A stretch of DNA of 60,246 bases from an uncultured Candidatus Kuenenia sp. (GCA_964453165.1 CAYVNX010000006.1:1-60246); one strand, 5' to 3'; shown: positions 16,785 to 28,334, numbered from the stretch's first letter. The notes: generated by a model not told the origin, from the sequence alone. Translations and numbers: made by a program.

Positions 16785-19700
16785 CTATTTGACCGGGATT
16801 TCGGCCCGCCAGCGGCCGTCTTCGAGCCCGATCCGCTCCAGAGGAATCCGCCGGAAGCCGATCTCCCAGGCCGGGGAGTCGTCGGCCAGCCGGTAGTCGC
16901 CGGCGGCGGCGTCGACGAACCGGGGGTCGGCGTCGATCAGGTTGTGTTCGAAGGTCACACTGGCCCCGGCCGCCGGCTCGATCGTCGCCCAGGTGCCGCC
17001 CGTGCTCACGTTGCGGCGGACGACGACGTTGCGGGGCATCTGCGGAGCCTCCTCCAGGAGCCGCGCGATCTCCGGATACCGATTGGTCCAGGTGGGGCTC
17101 TGCCAGGGCATCTCATCGAGCTTCTGTCGCATATAGCCGCCGGGAACGACCGTGGGGGCGAACCAGCCGATCCCGCGAGCGTCCACCTCGACGGCCGGCT
17201 CTCCGTTGACGAACAGGTTGTTCTCGACGAGGTTGTCGCGGCCGCCGCCGATGAAGGCCGACCGGCCGGCGTTGCGGAAGAAGTTGCCGACGATCGTGAT
17301 GCCGCTGGCGCAGTCGTCGAGATAGACCCCCATCGCCCCGAGCCGACCAGGGGCCACGATGTCCTCGAACCGGTTGTGGCGGATCACCGTGCCCCGCATC
17401 GACCAGTCGCGGCCCATGTAGAAGGCTCCCACGTCACCCGTCTCCTGGCAGACGTCGCGGATGTGGTTGAGTTCGATTTCGTGGTCGTTGCCCCCGAGCA
17501 GGATGCCGTTGTGCGGCGCGTCGTGGATCAGGTTGTGGGCGGCGCGGTTGCCGACGCCCTGGATCTCGACGGCGGGGCGGTAGGTCCGCTGGAGCCGGGC
17601 GTAGTGATGGATGTGGTTGTTCTCAGCGCGGTGGCCGGCGGGTATGAGCCGCGGGCGGTCGCCGCCAACGAGCCGCACGCCGCCCGCCCCGAGATCGTGC
17701 AGGTCGCTGCCGAGCACGGCATGCCCGCTGCCTCCCTGCACGTCCACGCCCCAGCCGCCTGCGTTCCGCAGCCGGCAGCCGCCGATCGTCACGGCTTCGC
17801 CGCCGGTGATCGTCACGAGCGTGCCCCGGCTGCCTTCGAGCACGAAGCCGCGGAAGGTCACCCGCGAGACACCGTCGCAGACCAGGACATGGTCGAGAAG
17901 CGTCACGGTCGCCTCGCCCGTGAACCCTTCCGGCGGCCAGAGGTAGAGGACGCCGTGCTCCCGATCGACGCACCATTCGCCGGGGTGGTCGAGTTCGCAG
18001 AGCATGTTGAAGCCGTAGAACCGCTGGCCGCTCCGGTAGGTCGTGTGCGGCTCCTCGAGTTCGATCGAGCGAGCGGCCGGATCGACGGCCTTGATGCGCT
18101 GTCGGGAATCGGACCAGTCCCAGAAGAAGTAGCCGAACAGCCAGCCGTCGGGCTCGTGCAGCCAGGCCGGCAGCCGGTCGATGTCGGCAGTGAACTTCCC
18201 GACGGAGTTGCCCGGCAGTCCGCCGTCGGTCATCGGCCGGTCGCCGAGCAGTTCACCGATCGTGGCAAAGCCGTCGTTCGGCCAGCGGGCGATCGGCTGG
18301 CAGACGTCGTTCACGAACACCTCGAGACGTTGGTCGCTGCCGGCGAAGGTGCCGGCATCGGCGACACCGGCTGCCTTCAGGTCGGCCTCGAGGACGTGGG
18401 GCCGGGCCGCCTCGGGGATCCGGGCGACGACCCCGGCGCCGCGGACGGGCTTGAAGCCGCCCACTCGTCGACCACCGGTGAGCACGACCCGTTCGCTCGG
18501 GGCCGACTCCCAGGTCACGCGGGTGCGGGTCGTGCCGCTGTCGGCGGCAGCCAGCGCGAGCGGCTCCGCGAGTTGATGCGTGCCCCCGTGGATCACGACC
18601 CGAATGTCGGCGGGCGGCGACTCGGAGGCGAGCATCGTCCTCACGCGATCCCGGGCGGCGGCCAGCGTGGCGAGCGGGCCGCGGTCGGTGCCCGCCGCGT
18701 GGGTGACGGCGGTTCCCGTCCAGGCATCGTTGCCTTCGAGGGCGACATGCACGGCGACCGACTCCGCGGCGGCCGTGGTCATGGCCGAGAGGCCGGCGAA
18801 GGCCAGCAGGTGGAAAGCACAGGTCTGACGCTGCTGCCGCCACCACCAAAGCGCGACGACCACTGCAGTTACCGCCCAGCCGCCAGCGGGCTCGGGCACC
18901 GCGGCCGCGACGGCCGCGCCGGTCGGCAGATAGGAGCCGGTGCCGTACGTGCCCGCCGCTTGCACGGCGATCAGGTCGAGGACGTTGCACACGCCGTCGT
19001 AGTTGAAATCCCCCTCGCTCCAGAAGGCCGCCTGCGGCGAGCCGTAACGACCGCCGGAGACGATGCCCACGAGGTCGAAGGCATCGACCTGGCCGCTGAG
19101 ATTCGTGTCGCCGGCAGAGGCGAAGGCGACGGTCAGCGACCCATCGGACGCGGCGAGATAGCCGAGGGTGCGGGTGCCTGCCGAAGCCGCCGCCACCGAG
19201 GAGGTGATGCCCGAGGCGCCGAGCCACGAACCGGTGCCGCGGCCTGCAAAGAGTGCCTCGAACAACGCGGCGAGCGACATCCCTCCGGCGGCCACTTCCA
19301 CCCGGCCGCTGCCCAGATCGACGAGGCCGCCGCCGGCGCCCAGGACGATCGAGAGCGATGCGGCGTCGACGGTGACCGGCCGTGCCGCGGGCAGGAGTAA
19401 CCGGCCATTGCCGGCCACTGTGATCCGGCCACCAAGTTCCCCGCCGGTGGCGATCGCGAGCGTCCCCGCTGCGATCCGCGTGCCGCCGGTGTGGCGGGCC
19501 CGGCCCGCGAGCACCGTCCGGCTCGAGCCGATGCCCGTCACCGTGACCTCGCCCGGTCCGATGAGGTCGCCCGCGAGCGTGGCTGTGACCGAGAAGAGTC
19601 CGCCGGCCCGGATCGTGGTGTCGGCGGCGATCGCGAGCGTGCCGGCCAACGTGCCGGTGTTGGAGAACCGGATGGCTCCGCCGAGTCCGGTGCTCCCCGC

Positions 19701-21176
19701 GCCCGCGACGGCAATGTCGTTGGCAAACACCCCTTGATCGGCCTTCAGGTCGAGTCCGCTGCCCGAGGCCACTTCCACCGAGGCCGTGCCGAGCGCCGCG
19801 GTGCTCCCGAGTTCGACCGTGAGATTGCCTGCGAGGCGGGCGGTGCCCGTCAGCGTCGAGCCACCGCCGACGGGCCGGAGCACGATCAGGGAAGCGGCCG
19901 GGCCCCCGCCGCCGATGAGTTCGGGCGCGTTGCCGGCCAAGCGGGCGGTGACGAGCAGCGTCGCCCCGTCGGCGACGGTGAGCGACGGCGCGCCGACGAG
20001 GCTGAGATCGGAAGCGGTCGCGGTCGCTCCCAGTCGGTACCCGGTCGTGCGGACGTCGATCGATTCCACGGTGACCCCATCGGCGGGCACCACCGTGCCC
20101 GCAGGGCCGGCGAAGATCGCCGTCGTGCCGAGGGCCGGTTCCGAATTCCAGGCCACGTCGGGGCCGTAGATCGCGCCGTCCCGCCAAGTGATTCCGGCGG
20201 AAGTCCAACTGCCCGAGCCTCCCCGGACACCGTCGCCCGCCCACCAGAGTTCGCCCGGCGTGTACACCGGCGTCTGATAGAAGACACCCAGGTTGTTGCC
20301 CACCGCCCGAGGGCTGCCATCGGAAGGCGTGTTGAGGATCTGGGTCTTGTTCACCCCGGATGCCGTGGGATTCCACCAGGCCATCGTGGTGGAGCCGCCC
20401 CCGTCCAGGTAGATGCCATCCCAGGCCCCGAAGGAGGCGAGCCACTCGCCCACCTCCCGGTTTGTGGCCCCCACCGACGCGGTCGAGCGGCCGTCGATCG
20501 TCATCAGGTAGACGTAGCGGGTGTCCTGCGAAACGCCGACTCCCGTGCGGGGCTGCCGATCGGTGCCGGAGAGCCGTGGGCTGCCGGCCGCCAGGCACTG
20601 ATAGATGCCGGAGACGGCGGTCCAGGAGTCACCGGCCGTCGTGACGTTGATCGTGTCGAGGATCGACGGCACGCCATCGGCCGTGACCGAGAACGACGCC
20701 CGGCCCACGCCTTCGGCGACTCCGGGCGAGACGAGCACGCCATCCGACACGGCGAAGCCCGTGAGATCGGCCACCGAGCCATTGGCCACGTAGAGGTTTG
20801 CATTGACGGCGGCGACCAGCGGATGCGACGTGCCCCGTGAATTCGTGATGAAATTCGGGGTCGTTTGGAGGATTGTTTCGCGAACCCCGGGCTGCCAGGA
20901 AGAGGCCCGCGGTGTCGTAAAGAAGGAGAGCCCGGGGGCGAGTGTGTCGATCCGAAGACAGTTCACCTGGAGCGGGTCGGGGGCGGTGAGCGTGAGGTCG
21001 GCGTGGAGGATGCCGGGGGAGAGCATCGCGGCCGTCGTCCAGTCGAACGGGGACTGGCCCCGGGCAGCGGGGCTGGCGAGGCCGGTCATGACGCCGGTCA
21101 GAAAACCGAATGCCAGACTGCCGACGAGTCGGGTGGATCGGCCGCGACACGGCAGCGGGACGGCGGAGGGAATCAT
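16785..21176 (-). CDS. 1463-aa fusion: phosphodiester glycosidase (NAGPA-like) + autotransporter-associated repeats + dockerin-like module + internal PEP-CTERM + right-handed beta-helix carbohydrate-active domain
   Basis: QPRTGVG, TIDGR, LDGGGST; GDTNLSG.VD.FDL and GDFNYDG; VPEP at residue ~760; then GPLATLAAARD, ARWPNDG and DVGAFY...GVYLDD beta-helix repeats. Confidence 0.8.
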   Translation of the reverse strand: MIPSAVPLPCRGRSTRLVGSLAFGFLTGVMTGLASPAARGQSPFDWTTAAMLSPGILHADLTLTAPDPLQVNCLRIDTLAPGLSFFTTPRASSWQPGVRETILQTTPNFITNSRGTSHPLVAAVNANLYVANGSVADLTGFAVSDGVLVSPGVAEGVGRASFSVTADGVPSILDTINVTTAGDSWTAVSGIYQCLAAGSPRLSGTDRQPRTGVGVSQDTRYVYLMTIDGRSTASVGATNREVGEWLASFGAWDGIYLDGGGSTTMAWWNPTASGVNKTQILNTPSDGSPRAVGNNLGVFYQTPVYTPGELWWAGDGVRGGSGSWTSAGITWRDGAIYGPDVAWNSEPALGTTAIFAGPAGTVVPADGVTVESIDVRTTGYRLGATATASDLSLVGAPSLTVADGATLLVTARLAGNAPELIGGGGPAASLIVLRPVGGGSTLTGTARLAGNLTVELGSTAALGTASVEVASGSGLDLKADQGVFANDIAVAGAGSTGLGGAIRFSNTGTLAGTLAIAADTTIRAGGLFSVTATLAGDLIGPGEVTVTGIGSSRTVLAGRARHTGGTRIAAGTLAIATGGELGGRITVAGNGRLLLPAARPVTVDAASLSIVLGAGGGLVDLGSGRVEVAAGGMSLAALFEALFAGRGTGSWLGASGITSSVAAASAGTRTLGYLAASDGSLTVAFASAGDTNLSGQVDAFDLVGIVSGGRYGSPQAAFWSEGDFNYDGVCNVLDLIAVQAAGTYGTGSYLPTGAAVAAAVPEPAGGWAVTAVVVALWWWRQQRQTCAFHLLAFAGLSAMTTAAAESVAVHVALEGNDAWTGTAVTHAAGTDRGPLATLAAARDRVRTMLASESPPADIRVVIHGGTHQLAEPLALAAADSGTTRTRVTWESAPSERVVLTGGRRVGGFKPVRGAGVVARIPEAARPHVLEADLKAAGVADAGTFAGSDQRLEVFVNDVCQPIARWPNDGFATIGELLGDRPMTDGGLPGNSVGKFTADIDRLPAWLHEPDGWLFGYFFWDWSDSRQRIKAVDPAARSIELEEPHTTYRSGQRFYGFNMLCELDHPGEWCVDREHGVLYLWPPEGFTGEATVTLLDHVLVCDGVSRVTFRGFVLEGSRGTLVTITGGEAVTIGGCRLRNAGGWGVDVQGGSGHAVLGSDLHDLGAGGVRLVGGDRPRLIPAGHRAENNHIHHYARLQRTYRPAVEIQGVGNRAAHNLIHDAPHNGILLGGNDHEIELNHIRDVCQETGDVGAFYMGRDWSMRGTVIRHNRFEDIVAPGRLGAMGVYLDDCASGITIVGNFFRNAGRSAFIGGGRDNLVENNLFVNGEPAVEVDARGIGWFAPTVVPGGYMRQKLDEMPWQSPTWTNRYPEIARLLEEAPQMPRNVVVRRNVSTGGTWATIEPAAGASVTFEHNLIDADPRFVDAAAGDYRLADDSPAWEIGFRRIPLERIGLEDGRWRAEIPVK

Positions 21177-21229
21177 GCTGCTCGATCCCTCGAGTGATGA
21201 CGGTCGTCGGCAAGCTGCTGTCAGGCCGC

Positions 21230-23692
21230 TCACCCCGCGGGGCGCCGGCGGCGAACCAGGCTTCCGGCTCCCAGCCCGAAGAGAGCCCAGCCGAGCACCG
21301 CGGTCGGCTCCGGCACGGCCGAGAGGCTCCCGGTCGCGGTAGGTGCCGCCGGGAAATAGTTGCCTTGATTGTACGCACCGCCGCCGTTGATCGCGACGAG
21401 GTCGAACACGTTGGTGACGCCGTCGTAGTTCATGTCGCCGTCGTTCCAATCGGCGGCCACCCCGCTGCCGTAGGTGCCCGAGGAGTTGATCCCCACGAGG
21501 TCGAAGACGTTGACCGCCCCGCTCAGGTCGATGTCGCCGGGCGCCGCGAACGACACGCGGGCCGAGCCATCGCCTGCCACCACGTAGCCCACGGCCCGTC
21601 CTCCGCCCGCTGCGGCGGCCGTGCTCGACATGATGCCGGTATTGCCGTTCCAGCCGCCGTTGTTGCGGCCGGCGATGATGTCGGCCCGGAGGTCGGCCGC
21701 CGAGATGCCGCCGGCGGCGATGGATACTTGGCCGGCGCCGAGATCGAGCCGGCCGCCGCCGCTCGTCTGCGCCACCGCCAGGCTGCCGACTGCCACCGTC
21801 ACGCGGGCATCGTCGGCGAGGGCCAATTGCCCTCCGCCATCGACCGTGACGGACGGAGCGCCGGAGATTGTGCCGGCGTTGATCGCCAGCGATGCGATCC
21901 CGCTCGTGGAACTGACGGCGAGCGTTGCGGCGGCCAGCGTGCCCCCGTCTACGATCACCGAGGGCGACCGCATCGAGATGCCAGAGCCGACCGCGAGCGT
22001 GGCGCCGGAGTCGACGGTGACGGCGGTCGCGGCGAGCCCGTCGGCATTCGTGACTTCCAGCGTGCCGGCCGAGATCGTGGTCGGACCGGCATAGGCATTG
22101 GCGGCGTCGAACACGACCTTCCCCGCGCCGGTCTTGGTGACCGAGGTGGCTGAGGGAATCGAGGGATAGCCCGCCTGGGCCTGGGTGACCGATCCACTCG
22201 CCACGTTGATCACGATGTCGGTGGGCGGGCCGCCGGCCGGCGTGAAGACGAGGTTCAGGCTGGTGCCCGTCTGGGTGACCGAGAAGCTTCCTCCCTGGAT
22301 CTCGTTGGCGAAGCCGGCGGATGCGACCGTGGGGGAGGTGTTGATCTGAAACGCATCGGCCGAGAAGCCGGTGATCCCGCCTGCGGCCCGGGCAAACTCC
22401 CAGGTGTAGGCCTGGGCCGGATTGAAGCCGGTCGCAAGGCCCGGAGTGTCGGGCGAGGTGGCGGAGAGCGTTTCGAGGTCAAGGAGCACGGGACCGAACT
22501 GATCGGCCGAGATGCTCAGGCTACCGCCGATCTCGAGCACGCCCCAGCCGCCGGCCGCCGAACCGTCGGCGAGCTTGAAGACCTGGCCGGAGTAGGGGCT
22601 CCAGGCGACGTCACCCGTGACGGTGAAACTGCCGGGACTCGGCGCGAGTACACCCGACGGCCCCACGATCAGCGAGCCCGCGACCGTGCCGAGGCCGCCC
22701 ATGATCTGGCTCGGCGCGACCGTGAGCCCGCCGGTCACGCCCGTCACGTCGAGCCTGCCGGCCGGATTCACCGTGACCCTGGTCGAGGTGTCGATCGAGC
22801 CGAACACCGACTCACCCTGTCGGTCTACGGTGCGAATGGCGAGCGTGCCGGCGTCGATCACCGTCGGGCCGGTGTATTCGTTGGGCACGTTGAAGGTGAC
22901 CGTGGCGTTGGGCACGTTCACCTGCACACCCAGCGGCCGCGAGCCGCTGTTGTTGGTGCTGCCATCCTGAATGTTGACGTTGAACACCATTCCGCCGGTG
23001 CCGTTGCCCTCGAGCGGGATAAGCCTGACCGATGCCCCGGGCTGGTCGGCGTAGCCGGCGGTCAAGGCCTGCCCGTAGATGCTGCCGAAGCTGCCGGTGT
23101 TGGCAAGTGAGCCGAAGGTCAGCGGCAGGGGCGAGTCGTTCCGGATGAACGTGTCCAGGCCCACGCCGATCCGGAGGATGCCGGTCGACGTGTTGACTGC
23201 ATCGCCCATCTGGACCGGACCCGAATCGGCCTCCACGATCAGACCATTGACGATGTCGAGCCGGCGGGAACTCGTGAGCGCCGATTCGGCCGACCAGGCC
23301 AGGATTCGCTTGACGTTCGATTCCCGGAAGCTCATCGAATGGACGATCCGGTAGCCGAGGTCGCCGTACCCGGGGCCGCCGATCCAGATGCCGTCCGTGT
23401 TGGCCCGGTTGTCGAAGATCACATCGTCGAACTCGCCGGGGAAATCGGGCGTGCTCGTCCAGTTGTTTGGGGCTCCGGGTGTGCCGTCGCCTGGGCCCAC
23501 CGTCTGGCCCCAGCCCATCTTGCCTTGGGCAAGGTTGGTCCAGGCGATTTCGGCGGCGCTTCCGGTCGACCCTGCCGCCATCGCCAGCAAAATCCCGCTC
23601 ACGATCAGCGGAATCCTGCAAACTCGCAGCCTTGGCCGCGAAGCGCGAGCATCGGACGAGTGGGTGAAGGCAGGGCTGGGGCGGGCGTTCAT
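21230..23692 (-). CDS. PEP-CTERM surface protein with autotransporter-associated beta-strand repeats and dockerin-like module
   Basis: Signal peptide, NEYTGPTVIDAGTL and NAYAGPTTISAGTL repeats, GDIDLSG/GDMNYDG, terminal VPEP-TM-RRRR. Confidence 0.85.
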   Translation of the reverse strand: MNARPSPAFTHSSDARASRPRLRVCRIPLIVSGILLAMAAGSTGSAAEIAWTNLAQGKMGWGQTVGPGDGTPGAPNNWTSTPDFPGEFDDVIFDNRANTDGIWIGGPGYGDLGYRIVHSMSFRESNVKRILAWSAESALTSSRRLDIVNGLIVEADSGPVQMGDAVNTSTGILRIGVGLDTFIRNDSPLPLTFGSLANTGSFGSIYGQALTAGYADQPGASVRLIPLEGNGTGGMVFNVNIQDGSTNNSGSRPLGVQVNVPNATVTFNVPNEYTGPTVIDAGTLAIRTVDRQGESVFGSIDTSTRVTVNPAGRLDVTGVTGGLTVAPSQIMGGLGTVAGSLIVGPSGVLAPSPGSFTVTGDVAWSPYSGQVFKLADGSAAGGWGVLEIGGSLSISADQFGPVLLDLETLSATSPDTPGLATGFNPAQAYTWEFARAAGGITGFSADAFQINTSPTVASAGFANEIQGGSFSVTQTGTSLNLVFTPAGGPPTDIVINVASGSVTQAQAGYPSIPSATSVTKTGAGKVVFDAANAYAGPTTISAGTLEVTNADGLAATAVTVDSGATLAVGSGISMRSPSVIVDGGTLAAATLAVSSTSGIASLAINAGTISGAPSVTVDGGGQLALADDARVTVAVGSLAVAQTSGGGRLDLGAGQVSIAAGGISAADLRADIIAGRNNGGWNGNTGIMSSTAAAAGGGRAVGYVVAGDGSARVSFAAPGDIDLSGAVNVFDLVGINSSGTYGSGVAADWNDGDMNYDGVTNVFDLVAINGGGAYNQGNYFPAAPTATGSLSAVPEPTAVLGWALFGLGAGSLVRRRRPAG

Positions 23693-24112
23693 CGGCGCGA
23701 CTCCGTGCTGGATCAATTCGAAGCGGGGCGGCGAATGCGAGAACCCGAATCGCATGACATCCCTCGCGACTCCTGCGGAAATCGCATTCTACTCGCCCTC
23801 GCTCCCCGACATTTCGGGAAATGCATCAAGCAATGCAAGCCGCGAGCCGTGTGAGAATTTCGCAAGCGAGCATAGAGACGCGGGTTTTGGTCACCTCGTC
23901 GCCTCGCTGGCGTAAAGGAATTGCCCGGAGTCGTAAAGATTCGCCCGTTCATAAAGGAACCGTGCGACCGGAACGTTGACCAACCCGGTGGGTGGGGACG
24001 ATCCTACGCCCAGCGTCCGTACCGCGAGCGGTGCGGTATCGCTGCCATGACTGCCCGAGCGTGGTCTGGTCCCGCCTGCCAGAGTCCCACCGTCATTCCT
24101 GCGAGCCCACCT

Positions 24113-25180
24113 ATGAGCAGCCTGCCTCACGCCACGCCATCGCGACATCGCCCTCTCCATGGTTTCACCCTCGTCGAACTTCTGGTCGTGATCGCGATCA
24201 TCGCCACGCTGATCGGTCTGCTTTTGCCCGCCGTTCAGAGCGCTCGTGAGAGCGGCCGCCGCGTGCAGTGCCAAAACCATCTCCGCCAGGCCGGCACAGG
24301 CTGGCTGTTGCACGAGAGCGTGAAGAAAACGCTTCCCAGCGGCGGCTGGGGCCTGGCCTGGACAGGCGACCCCGACCTTGGCTTTGGCTCACGGCAGCCG
24401 GGTGGGTGGATCTACTCGATCCTACCGTTTCTCGAGGAGACATCGCTGCACAACCTCGGCGCCGGCCAGCCCGAGGCTGCGAAGAAGCAGGCGGCCCGCG
24501 ACCGGCTCGCTGCCGCCTCGTCGACTTTCTACTGTCCCTCCCGGCGGTCGGCCTCGCCGTATCCCTGGACGCAGTCGTGGAGCATGGCCAATGCCGTGAT
24601 GCCGACGTCAGTGGGCCGCTCCGATTACGCCGCCAACGGCGGCAGTGTCTACAACCAGGTGGGCGAGCCGATCGCACCGCCCTGGTCCGGTCATGCTGCC
24701 GGCGACGTCAACGGCGGCCCCGCCTCGGTGGCTGTCGGCACCTCGACCACAGCCCGCAGCCACTTCTCCCGCCTGGCCGGCCTGACCGACGGCGTCGTCC
24801 ATGCGGGCAGCGCCGTCAAGATTTCCCAACTCACCGATGGCACGAGCAAGACGCTTCTCGTGGCCGAGAAGCACATGGATCCCGACAACTACGCCACGGG
24901 CAACGACGGCGGTGACAACGAAGCAGCGCTGATGGGCATGGGCCGCGACATCGTCCGCTGGAGCAACCATGCTGATGGCAGCCCGCTGCCGCCGGTCAAG
25001 GACGCCCGTGGCCTGGGCCAGAAGGGCTCCAACTCCTTCGGCTCCGTCCACGCGGCCACCTTCAGCGCCGCTCTCTGCGACGGTTCGGTTCGCGGGCTCG
25101 CCTTCGACATCGACCCGGCCGTCTTCCAGAGCCTCGTCGACCGCAACGATGGCCAGGCGATCCCGGGCGGGAGCTACTGA
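24113..25180 (+). CDS. DUF1559 prepilin-type N-terminal cleavage/methylation protein
   Basis: [44 protein letters not shown]9-DG. Confidence 0.95.
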   Translation: MSSLPHATPSRHRPLHGFTLVELLVVIAIIATLIGLLLPAVQSARESGRRVQCQNHLRQAGTGWLLHESVKKTLPSGGWGLAWTGDPDLGFGSRQPGGWIYSILPFLEETSLHNLGAGQPEAAKKQAARDRLAAASSTFYCPSRRSASPYPWTQSWSMANAVMPTSVGRSDYAANGGSVYNQVGEPIAPPWSGHAAGDVNGGPASVAVGTSTTARSHFSRLAGLTDGVVHAGSAVKISQLTDGTSKTLLVAEKHMDPDNYATGNDGGDNEAALMGMGRDIVRWSNHADGSPLPPVKDARGLGQKGSNSFGSVHAATFSAALCDGSVRGLAFDIDPAVFQSLVDRNDGQAIPGGSY

Positions 25181-28143
25181 GGCAGCGGCACCTGCTCGGG
25201 GTGTCGCAGGTATGCGATCAGGTCGCGAGCCTCGGCCTCCGAGAGGGTGTCGAGCTGGTTCTCCGGCATCAGCGAGAGCGGCGAGAGCACCCGCTCCTCG
25301 ATCTCGGCGACGGGGATCGTGATCCGCTCGGTCGGCGTCTGCAGCGTGAGGCTGGCGGGCGTCTCGTCGGCTACGATGCCGATCACCGAACGGCCGTTGG
25401 TCGTCACGACGAGCGTGGCTTGGTAGTCGCGGCCCACGATGCCGCTCGGGTCGAGGAGGTTGGCGAGGAGGTATTCGAGGTCGCCGCGGTTGCTTCCCGT
25501 GAGCCCGGGACCGATCCGGCCGCCCTCGCCATGCAACTCGTGGCATGAGCCGCAGGTCTTCGTGTAGACGAGTCGGCCCTGCGACAGGTCAGCGGCGGCG
25601 AGGTGCTCGGCCGACAGGCTGCCCCGCCAGCGGTCGAAGGCGGCCTGCTTCTCGGACGGGGTGGGCCGCACGCTGCCCCAGATCTCGGCCAGCTGCCCGA
25701 GCAAGTGTGCGTCGCTCGACCCCGCCAGTCGCTGGAGCGTGAAGGCAGAGATGTCGCTGCGGGGAATCGTGCCGGCGGCGACGGCTTCCACGAGCGTCAG
25801 TGCCCAGGCTGGCCGCGCTGTGAGCGTGGCTACCGCGGCCGGTCGCGCTCCGGGAGCCAGCTTGGAGTAGGCCGACAGAATCGCTCCCGGCGTGGCGTCG
25901 TCGGGGAAGGCGGCGAGTGCCTCGACGGCCGCGGTCTGCAGGGCTGCGTCGCCCAGGAGTTGCCGCAACACGACGGGCGTCTCCGAATCCTTGATCGCCA
26001 CGAGCGCGTCACGGGCTTCGATCCGCGCGGCCACCGGAGCCGTCGGGTCGGCCAGAGTCTCGCGAAGCGCCGGGAGCACGCGGGTGTCGCCGAATCGCAC
26101 GCCCGCAAGCCGAATGATTCGTTGGTTGGCCGGATCCGCGTCGGCTGCCAGCGTGGTGTAGCCGGCCCGCCAGGCCGCCGGCATCGGCGTCGGACCGCGG
26201 GCCGAGACCGCGACCAGGAGCTCCGCCAACAGCTGATGCCGAGCGGTCGGGTCGGCCTTCACCAGGTGGGCGACCAGGGCCTCCAGGCCCATGTCATCGA
26301 AGGCCGCGCGGCGGGCGATGAACCCCGCCACCACGCCGATCCGCGAACTGGCCGCCAACTCGATCGCCCGGACCGGATCGAGCGGCACGAGCGGCTCGGC
26401 CGCATACCAGATCATGAGCGGGAGGTTGTGATCGGCGGTATCCTCGGCATGGCTCGTCAGGCTAGCGACGATCTCCCAGCGATCGGCCGGCGGAAGCCGT
26501 TGGGCCGCCGAAGCCACGGCGAGGCGGACCACCGGGGAAGCGTCGTCACGGGCCAGCCGGGCGAGCGTCTGCGGCCAGGCGGACGGAGACGGAGTCCTGT
26601 CGGCACCCAGCCGTACGGCCCACTTCCGGATCTGCGGATCGGCGTCGTGGCAGAGTCTCTCGAGTCGGTTTGCATCGAGGCCGCCGACGGCATGCAAGGC
26701 CCAGAGGTGTCGCAGCCGGCGGGATGTGGCCGAGGTGTCGTCGAGCCGGGCGGCGAGTGTCTCCGGGACGTCGGCCGCGAGCTGGCCGGCGGCGGCGCGT
26801 TCCTGCAGGAGGCGACGTGCGTGGCGGGCCTGCCACTCGTTGGGGCAGGCGAGCAGGTCGACGAGGGCCGCATCGGCCAGCGTTGCCAGATCGATCGGAG
26901 CCGCGGATTCGGTTCCGGCGGCGGCCGCGAACCGAATCTTGAAGATCCGGCCGTTGCCCCGGTCGTGACCCGCCACGTCGCCATGGTGGCATTGGTTGCG
27001 GTCATACCAGTCGATCACCACCACTTGGCCGTCGGGGCCACAGGCCAGGGCGATGAACTGCGACCAGGCGTCGTTCGCGAACAGGAAGTCGGGCGCGAAG
27101 TCGCCGACGTAGCCCGAGCCGGCGGCGGTCAGCAGATCCTGGTTGATTCGGGCGCCGTGGATGTTGTTCATGAACAGGCGGCCGCGATACTCCTCGGGCC
27201 AGGCGTCGCCGAGGTAGACGAGCGCGCCTGCATGGGCATGACCGCCGCCCGCGGCGTCGGAGGCATCGCGGTCGGGCTGATTCCACTGGTTGCCCACCCA
27301 GTGACGATGGCGGGCGATCGTCTTGATGTCGTCGAAGGTCCAGGGATTGAAATGCTGGCCGGCCTGCCGCTGGTAGCGGCCGCCCGCGAACAGGTGGTAG
27401 AGATGGGGGATCACGCAGGCGGTGGCGAACGCATCACCCACCTCGTTGAAGTCGACGCCCCACGGATTGCTCGTGCCCTCGGCGAAGAGCTCGAATCGAC
27501 GATCCACCGGGTGAAAACGCCAGACGCCGGCATTGAGCTTCACCCGCTGTTCGGCGGGCGCGGTCGGCGGTCCGACGGCCGAGTGCGTGAACACGCCGTG
27601 GCAGCCGTAGAGCCAGCCGTCAGGGCCCCAGGTAAATGAGTTGAGGGTTTCGTGGGTGTCTTGATGGCCCCAGCCGTCGAGCAGAATCTCGGGCTCCCCG
27701 TCGGGCACGTCGTCGCCGTCCCGGTCGGGAATGAACATCAGGTATGGGGCCGCCCCGACCCAGACACCGCCGAAACCCACGGCCAGGCCACTGACGAGAT
27801 TGAGCCGGTCGTGAAACACCGTCCGGGTGTCGAGCGTGTCGTCACCGTCAGTGTCTTCGAAGATCAGGATCCGATCGCGGGCTTCCGCATCGGGCAGACG
27901 GGCTGGGTACGAATAAGCCTCGGCCACCCAGAGTCGGCCGCGGTCGTCGAAGGCCATCGCGATCGGCTGCCGCACCGCGGGCTCGGCCGCGAGCAGCTTC
28001 ACTTCGAAGCCGGGTGGCATGGTCATGATCCCGGCTGCGGCATCGGGGGAGAGGCCCTGGGCGAGCGGGGGCCTGTCTGCCGCGGTGGCCGGGCCGGCCG
28101 TGAGCACGAGCCAGAGCGATGCCAGGAGGAGGACAGCGGGCAT
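25174..28143 (-). CDS. PVC-type heme-binding CxxCH protein (membrane-bound dehydrogenase propeller + HEAT repeats + cytochrome c)
   Basis: LLAAEP...[44 protein letters not shown]. Confidence 0.9.
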   Translation of the reverse strand: MPAVLLLASLWLVLTAGPATAADRPPLAQGLSPDAAAGIMTMPPGFEVKLLAAEPAVRQPIAMAFDDRGRLWVAEAYSYPARLPDAEARDRILIFEDTDGDDTLDTRTVFHDRLNLVSGLAVGFGGVWVGAAPYLMFIPDRDGDDVPDGEPEILLDGWGHQDTHETLNSFTWGPDGWLYGCHGVFTHSAVGPPTAPAEQRVKLNAGVWRFHPVDRRFELFAEGTSNPWGVDFNEVGDAFATACVIPHLYHLFAGGRYQRQAGQHFNPWTFDDIKTIARHRHWVGNQWNQPDRDASDAAGGGHAHAGALVYLGDAWPEEYRGRLFMNNIHGARINQDLLTAAGSGYVGDFAPDFLFANDAWSQFIALACGPDGQVVVIDWYDRNQCHHGDVAGHDRGNGRIFKIRFAAAAGTESAAPIDLATLADAALVDLLACPNEWQARHARRLLQERAAAGQLAADVPETLAARLDDTSATSRRLRHLWALHAVGGLDANRLERLCHDADPQIRKWAVRLGADRTPSPSAWPQTLARLARDDASPVVRLAVASAAQRLPPADRWEIVASLTSHAEDTADHNLPLMIWYAAEPLVPLDPVRAIELAASSRIGVVAGFIARRAAFDDMGLEALVAHLVKADPTARHQLLAELLVAVSARGPTPMPAAWRAGYTTLAADADPANQRIIRLAGVRFGDTRVLPALRETLADPTAPVAARIEARDALVAIKDSETPVVLRQLLGDAALQTAAVEALAAFPDDATPGAILSAYSKLAPGARPAAVATLTARPAWALTLVEAVAAGTIPRSDISAFTLQRLAGSSDAHLLGQLAEIWGSVRPTPSEKQAAFDRWRGSLSAEHLAAADLSQGRLVYTKTCGSCHELHGEGGRIGPGLTGSNRGDLEYLLANLLDPSGIVGRDYQATLVVTTNGRSVIGIVADETPASLTLQTPTERITIPVAEIEERVLSPLSLMPENQLDTLSEAEARDLIAYLRHPEQVPLPQ

Positions 28144-28286
28144 ACCGTCAGATCTCCGTGGAAACCAGGGCGACATCCTGAACAAGCCGGGTGACGATGG
28201 AGCCATGATATCGGTCCAGCAATCGGGTGACGGCCGACGAGACCAGCCTTCGGCTGCGATTGTGCGAGGTTTGAGCAGCCTTTGAA

Positions 28287-28334
28287 TCGGAACGTAAGGC
28301 GGCGGGAAAAAACCGTTAAAATAAGACGTTCCGA
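28287..28334. promoter_or_regulatory. 9-bp inverted repeat (TCGGAACGT / ACGTTCCGA) around an A-rich spacer in a divergent promoter region
   Basis: Arms at 28287-28295 and 28326-28334. Confidence 0.3.

Noticed and set aside
16632-19400. 922-aa plus-strand ORF and similar long overlapping ORFs (e.g. 8187..10478, 25603..27639, 52397..54400)
   Set aside because: Antisense or off-frame shadows typical of high-GC genes; no motifs, and the opposite strand encodes recognisable proteins.
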